Source: a virus. Taken from it: 64,000 nt of DNA. Position numbers and translations under genes: made by a program. The notes under the pieces were generated by a model. The model saw only the letters and a program-made list of their open reading frames with translations, was not told where the DNA came from and searched no databases. Below are positions 45,180 through 56,123 of this stretch, one piece after another. How positions within the stretch are numbered: position 1 is the stretch's first letter; the number at the start of each line of letters is the position of its first letter. The stretch lies in IMG/VR virus record IMGVR_UViG_3300028569_001145, positions 40,702 through 104,701 of that record; one strand, given 5' to 3'.

Positions 45180-46565
45180 ATGGCAAGACAGAAAGATAAC
45201 ACTCCGGTTGAATGCAAGCTATGTTCATTAATAATACCAGCAAGCGGTATGCCAAGTCATTTGCAACATAAACATAATAAACTATCATCAGATGAATACG
45301 CATTAAGATTTGGAGAATTCAGACAAAAACACCTTAAGCAGCAAATTAAAAAAAACACCAGTACAGTTATTTGTCAAATCTGCAACAATGCTATGGTGTC
45401 TCATAAGCAATTACTACACCACCTACATACTCATAATATAACATGGCAAGAATACTACATTAAATACTACTTTAACGGTAAGCATCCAACCTGTTCTTGC
45501 GGATGTGGTGCAGAAGTAAAACTCTTGCGTCATGGAAAAAATGAAAAAGGTGAATCTGTCTTTGCAAGAGAAATGCTCCCCGGACATTGCAACCACAAGC
45601 CTGGTTATAGACACAACACCCCTGAGCAGAAAGAGACTATGCGCAAGGCAGCTATTAAAAGAATGGAGGAAGGTAATCTAGTATTTAACAATGGGCCTAC
45701 ACAGTTAGAAGAGCAAGTAGTATCATACCTTCAAACATTAGGCATAACCAACATAAAACAATCAGATCGTGAGATTTTAACAGGTCTTGAAATCGACATC
45801 TACCTACCGGATTACAACCTTGGGATAGAGGTTAACGGAAACCGTTTTCATAGTGATCTGTTTAAAAAGAAAAACTACCATTTAAAGAAGACAGAGGAGT
45901 GTGCACGTAAAGGCGTTAGGTTGCTTCATATCTGGGAATGCGATTTAGTAAAAAAGCAAAGCATAGTATTTTCGAACTTAAAATCAATTCTAGGGAAAGT
46001 AGAAACAAAGATTCATGCCCGTAAATGTGTAGTTAAAACACTAACAGCACAGCAAACTAATATATTTCTACAGGAAAACCACCTTCAAGGAAGTACAGTA
46101 GCAGGGGTTCGTCTTGGATTATTTTACGGAGATCGGCTGGTTTCTGTAATGACCTTTTCAAAATTACGTAGAGCAGTGGGTATGAGTCATAGACAAGGTA
46201 GTTACGAACTCGCTAGATTCTGTAATGAAAAAAACACAGCAGTTGTTGGAGGTGCTTCCAAATTATTTCAATATTTTATACAGAACTACAGCCCAGAATA
46301 CATTCTTTCTTTTGCTAACCGGGACTGGAGTATAGGCAACCTTTATGAAAAACTAAAAATGACTTTTAAAGGGTACACCCCCCCGGGTTATTTTTATGTA
46401 AAATCACAATATAAGTATAGCCGTTTTGCTTTTACTAAGCATAAATTAATTCAAATGGGATACGATCCATTAATGACAGAGTATGATACTATGACACAGC
46501 AGGGTTATTTTAGGATATGGGACTGTGGTAACTTAAAGTATGAGTGGAGTGCTATTTATCATTAG
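45180..46565 (+). CDS. Hef-like homing endonuclease (C2H2 fingers, Vsr-like nuclease, C-terminal domain)
   Basis: CKLC..HLQHKH, CQIC..HLHTH, CSCGCG, EIDIYLPDYNLGIEVNGNRFHS, YELARFC..GGASKL..RIWDCG. Confidence 0.82.
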   Translation: MARQKDNTPVECKLCSLIIPASGMPSHLQHKHNKLSSDEYALRFGEFRQKHLKQQIKKNTSTVICQICNNAMVSHKQLLHHLHTHNITWQEYYIKYYFNGKHPTCSCGCGAEVKLLRHGKNEKGESVFAREMLPGHCNHKPGYRHNTPEQKETMRKAAIKRMEEGNLVFNNGPTQLEEQVVSYLQTLGITNIKQSDREILTGLEIDIYLPDYNLGIEVNGNRFHSDLFKKKNYHLKKTEECARKGVRLLHIWECDLVKKQSIVFSNLKSILGKVETKIHARKCVVKTLTAQQTNIFLQENHLQGSTVAGVRLGLFYGDRLVSVMTFSKLRRAVGMSHRQGSYELARFCNEKNTAVVGGASKLFQYFIQNYSPEYILSFANRDWSIGNLYEKLKMTFKGYTPPGYFYVKSQYKYSRFAFTKHKLIQMGYDPLMTEYDTMTQQGYFRIWDCGNLKYEWSAIYH

Positions 46566-46577
46566 GAGAGTTATAAT

Positions 46578-47267
46578 ATGACAAGCGACCATTACAGCGC
46601 AGAGGTTTTTAAAGAAAAAAGAAAACCTAAGAATCCAATTAAATTTGGAATCACCTTAAACGAAGAGCAAAAATCAGCCAAAGCCCACATGTTATCTAGC
46701 GATATTGTGGCAATCAAAGGCCGGGCCGGATCAGGAAAAACCTTACTAGCTGTTCAGACAGGGTTAGATATGTTATTTAACCGTGATGTTGAGAAGTTAA
46801 TCATTGCCCGTCCTTATGTAACTGCAGGAGAGGATATTGGACACTTACCCGGAGGTGTGGATGATAAACTAGCCTACCTTACAGCCCCTGTTTATAACAT
46901 AATGTATGAACTAGTAGGTAAGGATAAGACTGATAAACTAGTGTCTGAGGGGTCTGTCCAGGTTTCTCCCTTTGGATTCTTAAGAGGTAATACATTCACC
47001 AACTGTTTTGTTTTAATTGATGAGGCACAGAATGCCACTATGAGACAAACTGAATTAATGATTGGCCGATTAGGTATTCATTCTAAGATGATATTCTGCG
47101 GTGATATGTCACAGTGTGACTTAAAAAATAAAAAAGACTCCGGGTTTGATTTCTTTTTAAAATTAGAACCACAAGTAGCCGGAATTAAAGTGATTACTTT
47201 AGAGCAAAACCACCGTCACCCAATAGTAGAACCAACATTAAAAGTATTTTCAGACTACAGAGAATAA
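46578..47267 (+). CDS. phoH: PhoH-family ATPase
   Basis: GRAGSGKT, IARP, GHLPG, LRGNTF, IDEAQN, GDMSQCD, RHPIV. Confidence 0.95.
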   Translation: MTSDHYSAEVFKEKRKPKNPIKFGITLNEEQKSAKAHMLSSDIVAIKGRAGSGKTLLAVQTGLDMLFNRDVEKLIIARPYVTAGEDIGHLPGGVDDKLAYLTAPVYNIMYELVGKDKTDKLVSEGSVQVSPFGFLRGNTFTNCFVLIDEAQNATMRQTELMIGRLGIHSKMIFCGDMSQCDLKNKKDSGFDFFLKLEPQVAGIKVITLEQNHRHPIVEPTLKVFSDYRE

Positions 47268-47857
47268 TGCCGCAGATACAGCTTATATCAACCTCAGGAT
47301 CAGTACCTACCACCACTCAACTGGCTTTGGGGGATATAGGTATTAATTCATATGATAGTAGGGTTTATTATAAGAGGTTTAGGGAAAATTCACAGGAAGT
47401 AATTCCTTTGAGTAATGCTTTGGCTTACGGCCAGTGGCAAAACAACACTACTTTAAGCGGATCTCTCAACACGTCTCAATCATTTCAGTACGATACAACT
47501 GATTTAGTCTATAAAACCTACTTAGAGCCCCCTAGTAAACTTTACGTAGAAACATCAGGAGTATTTAACATTCAGTTTTCTGCACAATTAGAAGAACCCG
47601 GATCAGGGGCAGCAGTTATTTACATCTGGTTTAAAAGAAACGGAATAAATATACCAGAATCCGCCACGGTAATTGATCTAGCTAATAAAGGAAAACAAGT
47701 GGCTGCCTGGAATTTTATGACTTATCTAAACGCTGGAGACTATGTAGAACTTGTTTGGCAATCAGATAATGGCAGTACTCAAATACTTGCAACAACAGCC
47801 GGGGATAGTATACCGGCTATACCTTCAATTATTACAACAATAACACAAGTTCATTAA
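47267..47857 (+). CDS. C1q/BclA-like fibre or decoration protein
   Basis: GVFNIQFSAQL..IWFKRNG..LNAGDYVELVW. Confidence 0.65.
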   Translation: MPQIQLISTSGSVPTTTQLALGDIGINSYDSRVYYKRFRENSQEVIPLSNALAYGQWQNNTTLSGSLNTSQSFQYDTTDLVYKTYLEPPSKLYVETSGVFNIQFSAQLEEPGSGAAVIYIWFKRNGINIPESATVIDLANKGKQVAAWNFMTYLNAGDYVELVWQSDNGSTQILATTAGDSIPAIPSIITTITQVH

Positions 47858-47885
47858 ACTGTCATATATTTATAACAAACACGTT

Positions 47886-48137
47886 ATGGAACATACAAAA
47901 TTAACACAGGAGGAAATCTCCCAACTACAAGAGGTAAGACAGCAGTCACAGGCTTTAGTTTTAGAATTAGGTAACTTAGAATTAGCTAAGATTCAACTTG
48001 AGAATCGCTACGATGAACTAGTAGAATTCTACGATGACCTAAAAAACAGAGAGCGTGAACTAGGAAAAACCTTATCAGATAAGTACGGAGACGGTACTAT
48101 TGATATTGAAAAAGGGGAGTTTATTGCTAAAGACTAA
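47886..48137 (+). CDS. small coiled-coil protein
   Basis: LTQEEI..KYGDGTIDIEKGEF; own late motif and terminator. Confidence 0.75.
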   Translation: MEHTKLTQEEISQLQEVRQQSQALVLELGNLELAKIQLENRYDELVEFYDDLKNRERELGKTLSDKYGDGTIDIEKGEFIAKD

Positions 48138-48165
48138 ACGTAAAACTTTACATTCTTATAACATT

Positions 48166-48194
48166 AGGGCCTCCAGGGCCCTTTTGTTGTTTTT
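48166..48194 (+). terminator. intrinsic terminator
   Basis: AGGGCC/GGCCCT stem followed by a T-rich tail. Confidence 0.7.
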
Positions 48195-48213
48195 GAAATA
48201 TTTATAAGAAAAT

Positions 48214-48609
48214 ATGTCTGCAGGAAGATACTCTCTGTATATAGAGCAAGGAACCACGGTTAATTTTGAAATTCAGTATAAAGACGTTGCCGGAAACCCG
48301 GTAAACTTAACCGGTTATGGTGCTCGAATGCAGATTAGGCCTACTGTAGAGTCATCAACAGTATATCTTACCTTAAGCAGCAGCTTACAGCCTGATGGAA
48401 CAGGGCTTAGTATGTCAGGGTCTGCACCGTATAAGCCACTATCCTCTGGGTCTATTGGGGTTTATATTGCATCTTGTACGTCCTCGATGTTAAATTTTAC
48501 AGACGCTGTATATGACCTAGAAATTTTTGTACCAAATGGAACAGACTGTCCCACTGTAACCCGTATCTTACAAGGTCCGGTTAGACTCTCTAAAGAAGTA
48601 ACAAGATGA
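48214..48609 (+). CDS. fibre adaptor (BppU/LtfC-like Ig fold)
   Basis: IEQGTT..PVNLTGYGARMQIR..VYDLEI..RILQG. Confidence 0.7.
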   Translation: MSAGRYSLYIEQGTTVNFEIQYKDVAGNPVNLTGYGARMQIRPTVESSTVYLTLSSSLQPDGTGLSMSGSAPYKPLSSGSIGVYIASCTSSMLNFTDAVYDLEIFVPNGTDCPTVTRILQGPVRLSKEVTR

Positions 48610-51482
48610 ACAACATAGTAACTACCGATATTAATACCAACGTTGTTGTAGTAACATCCCCAGGTCCTTCCGGACCTGCCGGACCTGCCGGTCCTCAAGG
48701 TAATACCGGTACTGTAGAAGCCAATTCCGGATTCCTAGCCACGCCTTTCTTAAATGTATCCGGTGCAATGTCAGTTACTGGATCAACAGCTTTTACAGGC
48801 AGTGTTGTTATTACAGGATCTTTAACAGTTTCTGGATCTAACACCTTTACTAATACTGGCCCGGCTATTTTTTCAGGGTCTGTAGATGTTTCTGGATCAG
48901 TAACAGCAACTTTATTCTCAGGATCAGGTGCCGGATTAACAAACATCCCTGCTGCAGGAATTACAGGTTTAAATTTAAATAGAATTGCTAGCGGATCAGT
49001 ATCAGCTTCAGTATCACCAACAGGCAAGGCTTTTAATTTAATAAAAAGCAACACCTCTCTTTTTAGTATAGACCAGTTCGGTAACGTTTCTGGTTCAGGT
49101 CTTTACATCTCAGGTTCTACTATCTACATAGACGGTCCAACAATCAGGTTATACGGTAATGCTACATTAAATGATGCAGCTATTACAACTACTGCAACCA
49201 CAACTACCGATAGAATTCAGTCAGGCACTATCACAGCCTCGGTTGCTACCCTAGGCAATGCATTCACTTTACAATCTGCCGGAGTTACTTTGTTTAAAGT
49301 AGGTACAGATGGTATATTATCAGGATCAGGTGCTAACTTATTTGATATACCTGCCTCTGGAATCACAGGACTAAATCTTTCCAGAACAACTACAGGATCA
49401 GTAACAGCATCTGTTAATGTAGGCACTACCAACTTTCAAATCATTAGCGGATCTAGTAATTTACTATCTTTAGATTATACAGGGAAATTAGCTGTTAGTA
49501 AATCAGTTAACGTTGGTGTACCTACATCTAATAACTGGCAATCTGGTTTGAATGGTTCTTACTTCAACAACTTTACATCAAACACAGATGTCTCTGAGAT
49601 GTTAAGGTTTATAGCAGGTTTATTAAGTGCATCAGCACCTGATGCTTCTCCTAATACTAGAACTTACGGTGGAATTTCCGAAACTATAACCAATAGCGGC
49701 ACTACTACTGCTCCTTCAGGATATGTTCCTCAAAATTCTACAACAGCCGATATTATCTACATAGTAGGTAAAGGATTTGCCTCTACCGGTAGTACTATAT
49801 TCTCCGGTAAAACAATCTACAATAATGCTTCTTACGGTATCTCTTATAGCAGTACAGCAGGTGGATCTACAATAGTTTCATCTTCTGCCGATGCTCAGTT
49901 GTTTGGCCTAGGATTACTTTCAAGCGGTAATGCCACTCCGTTTAATGTTTCCGGAACTATAAACTGGTTCTACTCAGATAATAACTCAGAAACTATAACC
50001 GCAACCTCACAATCACAAAACCTAGTATCAAATAGCTCATTTGGAACTTCAAATGGGGTAACTATAGCAAGAATTAATACAGTAAATCCAGCAGTTATTC
50101 CTCCTGCTTACCAGGATGGTAAATTTACTACAGTATTTTCTTCCGGATTATTCAACGGAGGTAGAAGCTTTACAAGTGTAAGTTCTTCTGGTTGGTACCA
50201 TATTAGTGCCTCTATTACAATTGCAACCGGAAGTTCAGACTATAGCCCTGCTAGAACAGCAGTAGAGAGAATATTCTGGGCCCCTATCTCTAGTATTAGT
50301 ATTCCTACCCAGACAATTACATTCTCAGGAGTAAATAATAATGCATTAACTGCAACCTCAAGATCACTATCTGGTGCTCCTTACCTATTGACATCGACAT
50401 TTAACTTTGGAGTTACTGTAGAAGGATTATTTAATCCAATGTATACTGCAGATTCTGCTATTGCTTCTGTAACCGAAGTAGATTCTTTAGTAACTTTAGG
50501 AGGTACAACCAGTATTTCTACCTTAGCTGCTTTAATACAAACAATAAACGGTGTTTATGACTCAACAGGTACAGTAGTTAGATCAACAGGCATAGTTCCT
50601 TTTGAAACCGATATTGCTAAAATGACCGGCTCTGCTAACTTCAGTGCAGGAAATGGAGGAAATACCAATATTGCCACTACAGGATTAGGAATAACATCAG
50701 TTGTTTTGACTCATGCCGGTAAAAATAGATTAGGTGCTTCAACAACAGGCACTCAAACTATACCTTATCATACTGCTGGAACCTTTGGTCAACCAGCATC
50801 ATCTGGGTCTATGGCATACTATGGAAGAACATCTCAAACTTATGATGGTGGTTCATTAACAGGACAAACAGAATCATTTACAGGTGAGGCTTATCGTATA
50901 CAGTTAAATGATAACGTAACTACATTTACAGGAAATGCCTGGGATAATAGTTTTGGATTATATAATTTAGGAGGTAAGGATCTTCAAGTTAAACCAGGTA
51001 ACCTAGTAAGACCAGGAGGTACTTACGGATACTGGTTAACTGATCCTGATAACACTCAAGAGTACAAATACTATATTAGAAGATTCCAAAGAACATCGGT
51101 ATTAACTTCATTTACCTTGAACGTAGGTAAGACCTTAGTAGCATGGGATGATACATCAACCAATAATGCTGTAGCTGTGGGAATTATTTTCGAATCAGCT
51201 AAAGGAGGTGCTAGTAACTGCCGATTATTTGACCCTGTATATGCAAACGGTTCTCGAGGTGTAACATTCTCAGGTGCAACCGTAGGAACTAATCCATTTA
51301 CAAGTGCTCTAGATTATTATGGAGCAGGAGGAGCATTAGCAGGAACTACCTACACAATTACAGTACAATCAGCAACTAACATGGTACTAAATGGTACAGC
51401 AGGTTCAGATGAGATTTACGTAATAATCCGATATAAAGGAGACCCATCACCAGTTACCTCTTTAACAGTATCTGGTACTTAA
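48606..51482 (+). CDS. S/T/G-rich fibre-like virion protein A
   Basis: GPSGPAGPAGPQG, TGS/SGS repeats, C-terminal region shared with the next gene. Confidence 0.75.
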   Translation: MNNIVTTDINTNVVVVTSPGPSGPAGPAGPQGNTGTVEANSGFLATPFLNVSGAMSVTGSTAFTGSVVITGSLTVSGSNTFTNTGPAIFSGSVDVSGSVTATLFSGSGAGLTNIPAAGITGLNLNRIASGSVSASVSPTGKAFNLIKSNTSLFSIDQFGNVSGSGLYISGSTIYIDGPTIRLYGNATLNDAAITTTATTTTDRIQSGTITASVATLGNAFTLQSAGVTLFKVGTDGILSGSGANLFDIPASGITGLNLSRTTTGSVTASVNVGTTNFQIISGSSNLLSLDYTGKLAVSKSVNVGVPTSNNWQSGLNGSYFNNFTSNTDVSEMLRFIAGLLSASAPDASPNTRTYGGISETITNSGTTTAPSGYVPQNSTTADIIYIVGKGFASTGSTIFSGKTIYNNASYGISYSSTAGGSTIVSSSADAQLFGLGLLSSGNATPFNVSGTINWFYSDNNSETITATSQSQNLVSNSSFGTSNGVTIARINTVNPAVIPPAYQDGKFTTVFSSGLFNGGRSFTSVSSSGWYHISASITIATGSSDYSPARTAVERIFWAPISSISIPTQTITFSGVNNNALTATSRSLSGAPYLLTSTFNFGVTVEGLFNPMYTADSAIASVTEVDSLVTLGGTTSISTLAALIQTINGVYDSTGTVVRSTGIVPFETDIAKMTGSANFSAGNGGNTNIATTGLGITSVVLTHAGKNRLGASTTGTQTIPYHTAGTFGQPASSGSMAYYGRTSQTYDGGSLTGQTESFTGEAYRIQLNDNVTTFTGNAWDNSFGLYNLGGKDLQVKPGNLVRPGGTYGYWLTDPDNTQEYKYYIRRFQRTSVLTSFTLNVGKTLVAWDDTSTNNAVAVGIIFESAKGGASNCRLFDPVYANGSRGVTFSGATVGTNPFTSALDYYGAGGALAGTTYTITVQSATNMVLNGTAGSDEIYVIIRYKGDPSPVTSLTVSGT

Positions 51483-51494
51483 TATTTATAACAA

Positions 51495-54400
51495 ATGGCT
51501 ATCGATCCAATAAAAAAATCCAGTAGGCTACTACAAAGTAGACGTTATACATTAGATACTTTAACTGATGGGCAGGAAGCATTCACCCAGGTACTTGATT
51601 TAGGATCAGGAGAAATCTACTCAGAGACTAATCTAATACCTTCTGCTTCTTTACCTTTTTCAGGTAGTTCACAAGCAGGAGCTACTTCCGGAGTATTAAA
51701 ATTCTGGTATAGACAAAGATTAACACGGGGTGTTGAAAGTGATGGTAGACAGGTTTGGTTCTTTTTAGAACCATTTGCAGCAAGTGCTGACTCACAGACT
51801 ATCCAAGCAACACAGGTAACTAACTTCATATCTCCTAAATACTCAATTCCGTCCTTAGCGGCAAGTAATACTGAGATTTCAACTCCGGGGTATCTAACCA
51901 CAGTTAGAACTTCGATCAACGGAGTAACATTTTCAGACCCTATTAACACTAACTTTTACGCTTTTGATTATAAAACTGGTGTTTTACAATTTAGTTCATC
52001 AGCAGTAACACCAGTATCAGGAGATGTTTATATTTCAGTTTACCAGTACACAGGTAGAACCCTAGCATCAGATGCTATATTAGGATACTCAGGTTCATTC
52101 TCAGGATCTTTTCAAGGCAATGGAGCTGGATTAACTAACTTACCAGCATCATCAATTGTAGGTCTAAACCTTACTCAAATAGCTGATTCTCAAGTATCAG
52201 CAAGTGTCTCTGCAACCGGAACATCTTTTACAGTATCTAGTGCAAGCATTGACCTTTTAACAGTTAATAACCAGGGTCTAGTATCCGCTAGTTTATTCTC
52301 AGGGTCTTTTGTAGGTAGTAGCAATACAACAGGATCTTTTAGAGGAATAGGTTCAGGATCATTTTCAGGATCATTTCAAGGTAATGGAAATGGCTTAACC
52401 AATATTCCTGCTGCATCAATTGTAGGTTTAAATTTATCTTTAGTATCTACAGGATCTGTAACAGCATCTACAGCACCAGACGGAACAGTATTTCAAATTA
52501 CTTCCGGATCTAGTACCTTACTATCATTGAATAGCCTGGGGGATCTAACAGTAAGTGCTTCTGAATTCATAGGAAATAATTTAACAGCTGTTGGAAATGC
52601 AGCAATTACAGGTAGTTTATCTGTAAATGGGGTTACTGCTTTAAATAATAATTTAAATGTTGGTGGAAATACAACTTTTCTTAACAGTGTAGCTCTTACA
52701 GGATCTTTAGAAATTTCTCAAAATTTAACAGTTCAAGGAACTGCGTCTATATCTTATCTTCAATCGGTTACAGGGTCAGCAAAAATAATTGGAGACGCTT
52801 TCATTATCCTAAACTCAGACCTGCCAGCAGAGAGATATGCTGGTCTTATTGTAATTGATAGTGGATCAAGTGGACAAACAGGATCATTCCTTTATGATGC
52901 CGAACAAGATCACTGGTTTTATGATTCAACAGCAGAGGGATACGCCTCTGGGTTTATAGCGGGAGCTAGAGCAACTAGAGACAATATAATTTACCCTAAT
53001 AGGTACGTTATAACTAGAGGAGATGGTGGTAACCATATTGTAGATTCAAATATTTACTCTACTGGTTCTTATGTTACTATAAACAGAGGTGATACCGGTT
53101 CAAAAATTGCTGAAATCGATATAGTAGGTTCAATGTTAATAACAGGATCTACTTTATTACCAAGCCCGGATGGTGCTGTAAGCAGTAAATACGCTTTAGT
53201 CACTAGTCAATCAGCATGGCATAATAATGTAAATGTTGGATACCCGACTTCAAATAACTGGCAGACAGGTCTAAACGGATCATACTTTAATAATTTTAAC
53301 GCCAATTCAGATGTATCTGAAATGTTAAGATTTATTGCTGGACTATTAAGCGCATCAGCACCTGATGCATCTCCGAACACTAAAACTTACGCAGGTATTT
53401 CCGAAAATATTACCAACAGCGGCACAGGAACACCAGCATCAGGATATGTACCTCAATCAAGTACTGAGACAAGTATTATATATTTAACATCTAAAGGATT
53501 TGCATCAGCAGGAACTACTTTATTCCCAGGTAAAATCATCTACAATAGTAGTGCGTATAACATAACATACACCAGTACAGCAGGTGGATCAACCATTGTA
53601 TCATCTTCTGCAGATGCCCAGCTGTTTGGATTAGGTTTATTAACCAGCGGAGGACCTACTCAATTTAACGTTTCAGGTGCACTTAACTGGTTTTATTCTG
53701 ATAATAATTCAGAAACAGTTACAGCAACCTCAGCATCTCAAAATTTACTTTCTAATAGTACTTTTGGAACAACCAGCGGTTTAACTTTAGGAAAAATAAA
53801 TACGGCTAATCCGGCTGTTATTCCTGCTGCTTATCAGGATGGTAAATTTGCAGGTATTTTCTCCTCTAACTTGTTTAACGGAGGTAGAAGTTTCACCAAT
53901 ATTAGTTCTTCTGGTTGGTACCATATTAGTGCTTCTATTAGAATTGCTAGTGGTAGTTCACCATACAGCTCTGTTCAATCAGCAACCGAAAGAATATTCT
54001 GGGCTCCTTTATCAAGCATCAGTATTGCAAATAACACCAAGGCAGTAGGTTATGCAGGTTTCCAAGCTTTAACAGCAACCTCAAGATCATTATCAGGTGC
54101 TCCTTATTTAACAGCAGCAACTTACCAGGTATCTTCTTCTGTAACTGGCTTATTTAATCCGATGTACAGTGCAAACGTAACCATTGCCCGTCAAGGTGCA
54201 ACAGGAAACGTTACTTTGACTAACGGAGGTACAGGTGCTACTCAAGCAACCATAAATGCAAGTGGTTTAATATCATCAGCAGACACAGTTTATGATTCAA
54301 CAGGAGTTACTGTGAGAGCAACCTCAACAATTCCTTTTGAAACTGATCTAGTTAAATTAACCGGTAGCATCTCTTTAAACATAGGAACCGGTACTAACAT

Positions 54401-55223
54401 TACATCAACTGCCTTATCACCAACAACCTTTGCAATTGATACTTTCGGTAGAGACAGATCAGGAACCGAAGGTAGTACTTTAAATACACAGACAATTTTG
54501 TACCATACAGCGAGTGCTTTTGGACAACCTGCATCATCAGGATCTATGGCATACTATGGAAGATCACAAGGATCTGATACCGGAACATTGACCGGCACTT
54601 CAGAACCATTCACCGGAGAGTCTAACAGGGTTCAAATTACAGATAAATTCTTATCAGGATCTTATTCTGCTGCAGATACCTGGTCTACAGCATTTGGATT
54701 ATATAACCTAGGTGCATTAGACCTTCAAGTTAAACCAGGATTCCTAGTAAGACCGGGAGGAACCTATAAGTATTGGTTAAACGATCCAGACGGAACTAAA
54801 ACCTACAAATTCTATGCAAGAGCATTCCAGAGAAGTTCAGGAACTGCTGCTAACAACCTAATCTTAAATTTAGGAACTACATTAGTAGCATGGGATTCCG
54901 CAACACCTGGAGTTGCGGCAGCAATTATATTTAAATCTTCGGGGGTAATTAATTTTGCCACTCCTAGGATATATGATCCTACACAATTAACTTCTAACTT
55001 AATTAATGCAAGTATTGCAAATGACAACCAGAGAAATCCATTTTCACGTAATATTGCATTGTATGGAAATACCGGAGGTAATTTAGCATCAACAACATAC
55101 ACAATACCTTTAAGGGAAGCAGACGGTATGATCTTAAACGGAACAAACCAGGACTATATTGTATTAGTAAGGTATACCGGAGACCAGGCACCAATCACAA
55201 GCATAACAGTATCATATTCATAA
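51495..55223 (+). CDS. S/T/G-rich fibre-like virion protein B
   Basis: N-terminus shared with gene C, C-terminus shared with gene A; SGSFSGSF repeats. Confidence 0.75.
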   Translation: MAIDPIKKSSRLLQSRRYTLDTLTDGQEAFTQVLDLGSGEIYSETNLIPSASLPFSGSSQAGATSGVLKFWYRQRLTRGVESDGRQVWFFLEPFAASADSQTIQATQVTNFISPKYSIPSLAASNTEISTPGYLTTVRTSINGVTFSDPINTNFYAFDYKTGVLQFSSSAVTPVSGDVYISVYQYTGRTLASDAILGYSGSFSGSFQGNGAGLTNLPASSIVGLNLTQIADSQVSASVSATGTSFTVSSASIDLLTVNNQGLVSASLFSGSFVGSSNTTGSFRGIGSGSFSGSFQGNGNGLTNIPAASIVGLNLSLVSTGSVTASTAPDGTVFQITSGSSTLLSLNSLGDLTVSASEFIGNNLTAVGNAAITGSLSVNGVTALNNNLNVGGNTTFLNSVALTGSLEISQNLTVQGTASISYLQSVTGSAKIIGDAFIILNSDLPAERYAGLIVIDSGSSGQTGSFLYDAEQDHWFYDSTAEGYASGFIAGARATRDNIIYPNRYVITRGDGGNHIVDSNIYSTGSYVTINRGDTGSKIAEIDIVGSMLITGSTLLPSPDGAVSSKYALVTSQSAWHNNVNVGYPTSNNWQTGLNGSYFNNFNANSDVSEMLRFIAGLLSASAPDASPNTKTYAGISENITNSGTGTPASGYVPQSSTETSIIYLTSKGFASAGTTLFPGKIIYNSSAYNITYTSTAGGSTIVSSSADAQLFGLGLLTSGGPTQFNVSGALNWFYSDNNSETVTATSASQNLLSNSTFGTTSGLTLGKINTANPAVIPAAYQDGKFAGIFSSNLFNGGRSFTNISSSGWYHISASIRIASGSSPYSSVQSATERIFWAPLSSISIANNTKAVGYAGFQALTATSRSLSGAPYLTAATYQVSSSVTGLFNPMYSANVTIARQGATGNVTLTNGGTGATQATINASGLISSADTVYDSTGVTVRATSTIPFETDLVKLTGSISLNIGTGTNITSTALSPTTFAIDTFGRDRSGTEGSTLNTQTILYHTASAFGQPASSGSMAYYGRSQGSDTGTLTGTSEPFTGESNRVQITDKFLSGSYSAADTWSTAFGLYNLGALDLQVKPGFLVRPGGTYKYWLNDPDGTKTYKFYARAFQRSSGTAANNLILNLGTTLVAWDSATPGVAAAIIFKSSGVINFATPRIYDPTQLTSNLINASIANDNQRNPFSRNIALYGNTGGNLASTTYTIPLREADGMILNGTNQDYIVLVRYTGDQAPITSITVSYS

Positions 55224-55232
55224 TAGAGAAAG

Positions 55233-56108
55233 ATGGCAATTGACAAAATAATAAAATCCAACCGACTCCTACAGAGTAGACGGTATACTGTAGCTTCTTT
55301 GAGTGACTCTCAGGAAGCATTCACCAGTGTATTAGACATAAATTCAGGTGAGGTTTATACTCAGACTAATTTAATTCCAACCTCCAGTCTTCCTTTTTCT
55401 GGTTCTACTCAAAGCGGGTCTATTTTTAGTGTAGGTGGTGAGCCGATTCTAAAATACTACTACCGTCAAGCAATGACACCATCAAACGTTGTTTCTGGTA
55501 GTTTTACAGATGCATTTTTCTTCATCGATCCACCTCCAGGAGGGACAGTAACTCCTCAGTTGTTACAAAATGGTCAACAAAATAATTTTATTTCCGCTAA
55601 ATATTCTGCCCCATCACTAGCCAACTCGGATGCCGAGGATTCACCCCCAGGATATAATGCTGTTGTGTTTATTGCTGGTGTTAAGCAAAATCCAGCAAAT
55701 TACCAATTTGACTATAAAAACGGTGTACTTGAATTTTTAACATCCCCTCCAACCACAGGACAAGCCGTTACTTTAACCGCATATCAATATGTTGGTAAAA
55801 CTTTAAATACTTTAATAGCAACAGGATTTTCAGGTTCATTCTCAGGTTCCTTCCAAGGAAACTCTACCGGAGTATTTACCGGTACAGGATCAGGTTCATT
55901 CTCCGGATCGCTACAAGGTGCAGCCACTTTAAATAACCTAACTTTAACAGGAAGCTTTAACCACACAGGTAGCTACAATCTAATAGGAAACATTACCCAA
56001 ACCGGTAGCTTCAACCAATCAGGTAGCATAAACGTAGTAGGTGCTATTATTTCTAACGGAATTAACGTAGTAGATAACGCTATTGCAATGGCAATTGCAT
56101 TAGGGTAA
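55233..56108 (+). CDS. fibre-like virion protein C
   Basis: MAID..KS.RLLQSRRYT N-terminus; ends AIAMAIALG. Confidence 0.75.
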   Translation: MAIDKIIKSNRLLQSRRYTVASLSDSQEAFTSVLDINSGEVYTQTNLIPTSSLPFSGSTQSGSIFSVGGEPILKYYYRQAMTPSNVVSGSFTDAFFFIDPPPGGTVTPQLLQNGQQNNFISAKYSAPSLANSDAEDSPPGYNAVVFIAGVKQNPANYQFDYKNGVLEFLTSPPTTGQAVTLTAYQYVGKTLNTLIATGFSGSFSGSFQGNSTGVFTGTGSGSFSGSLQGAATLNNLTLTGSFNHTGSYNLIGNITQTGSFNQSGSINVVGAIISNGINVVDNAIAMAIALG

Positions 56109-56123
56109 TATTTATAATAAATT

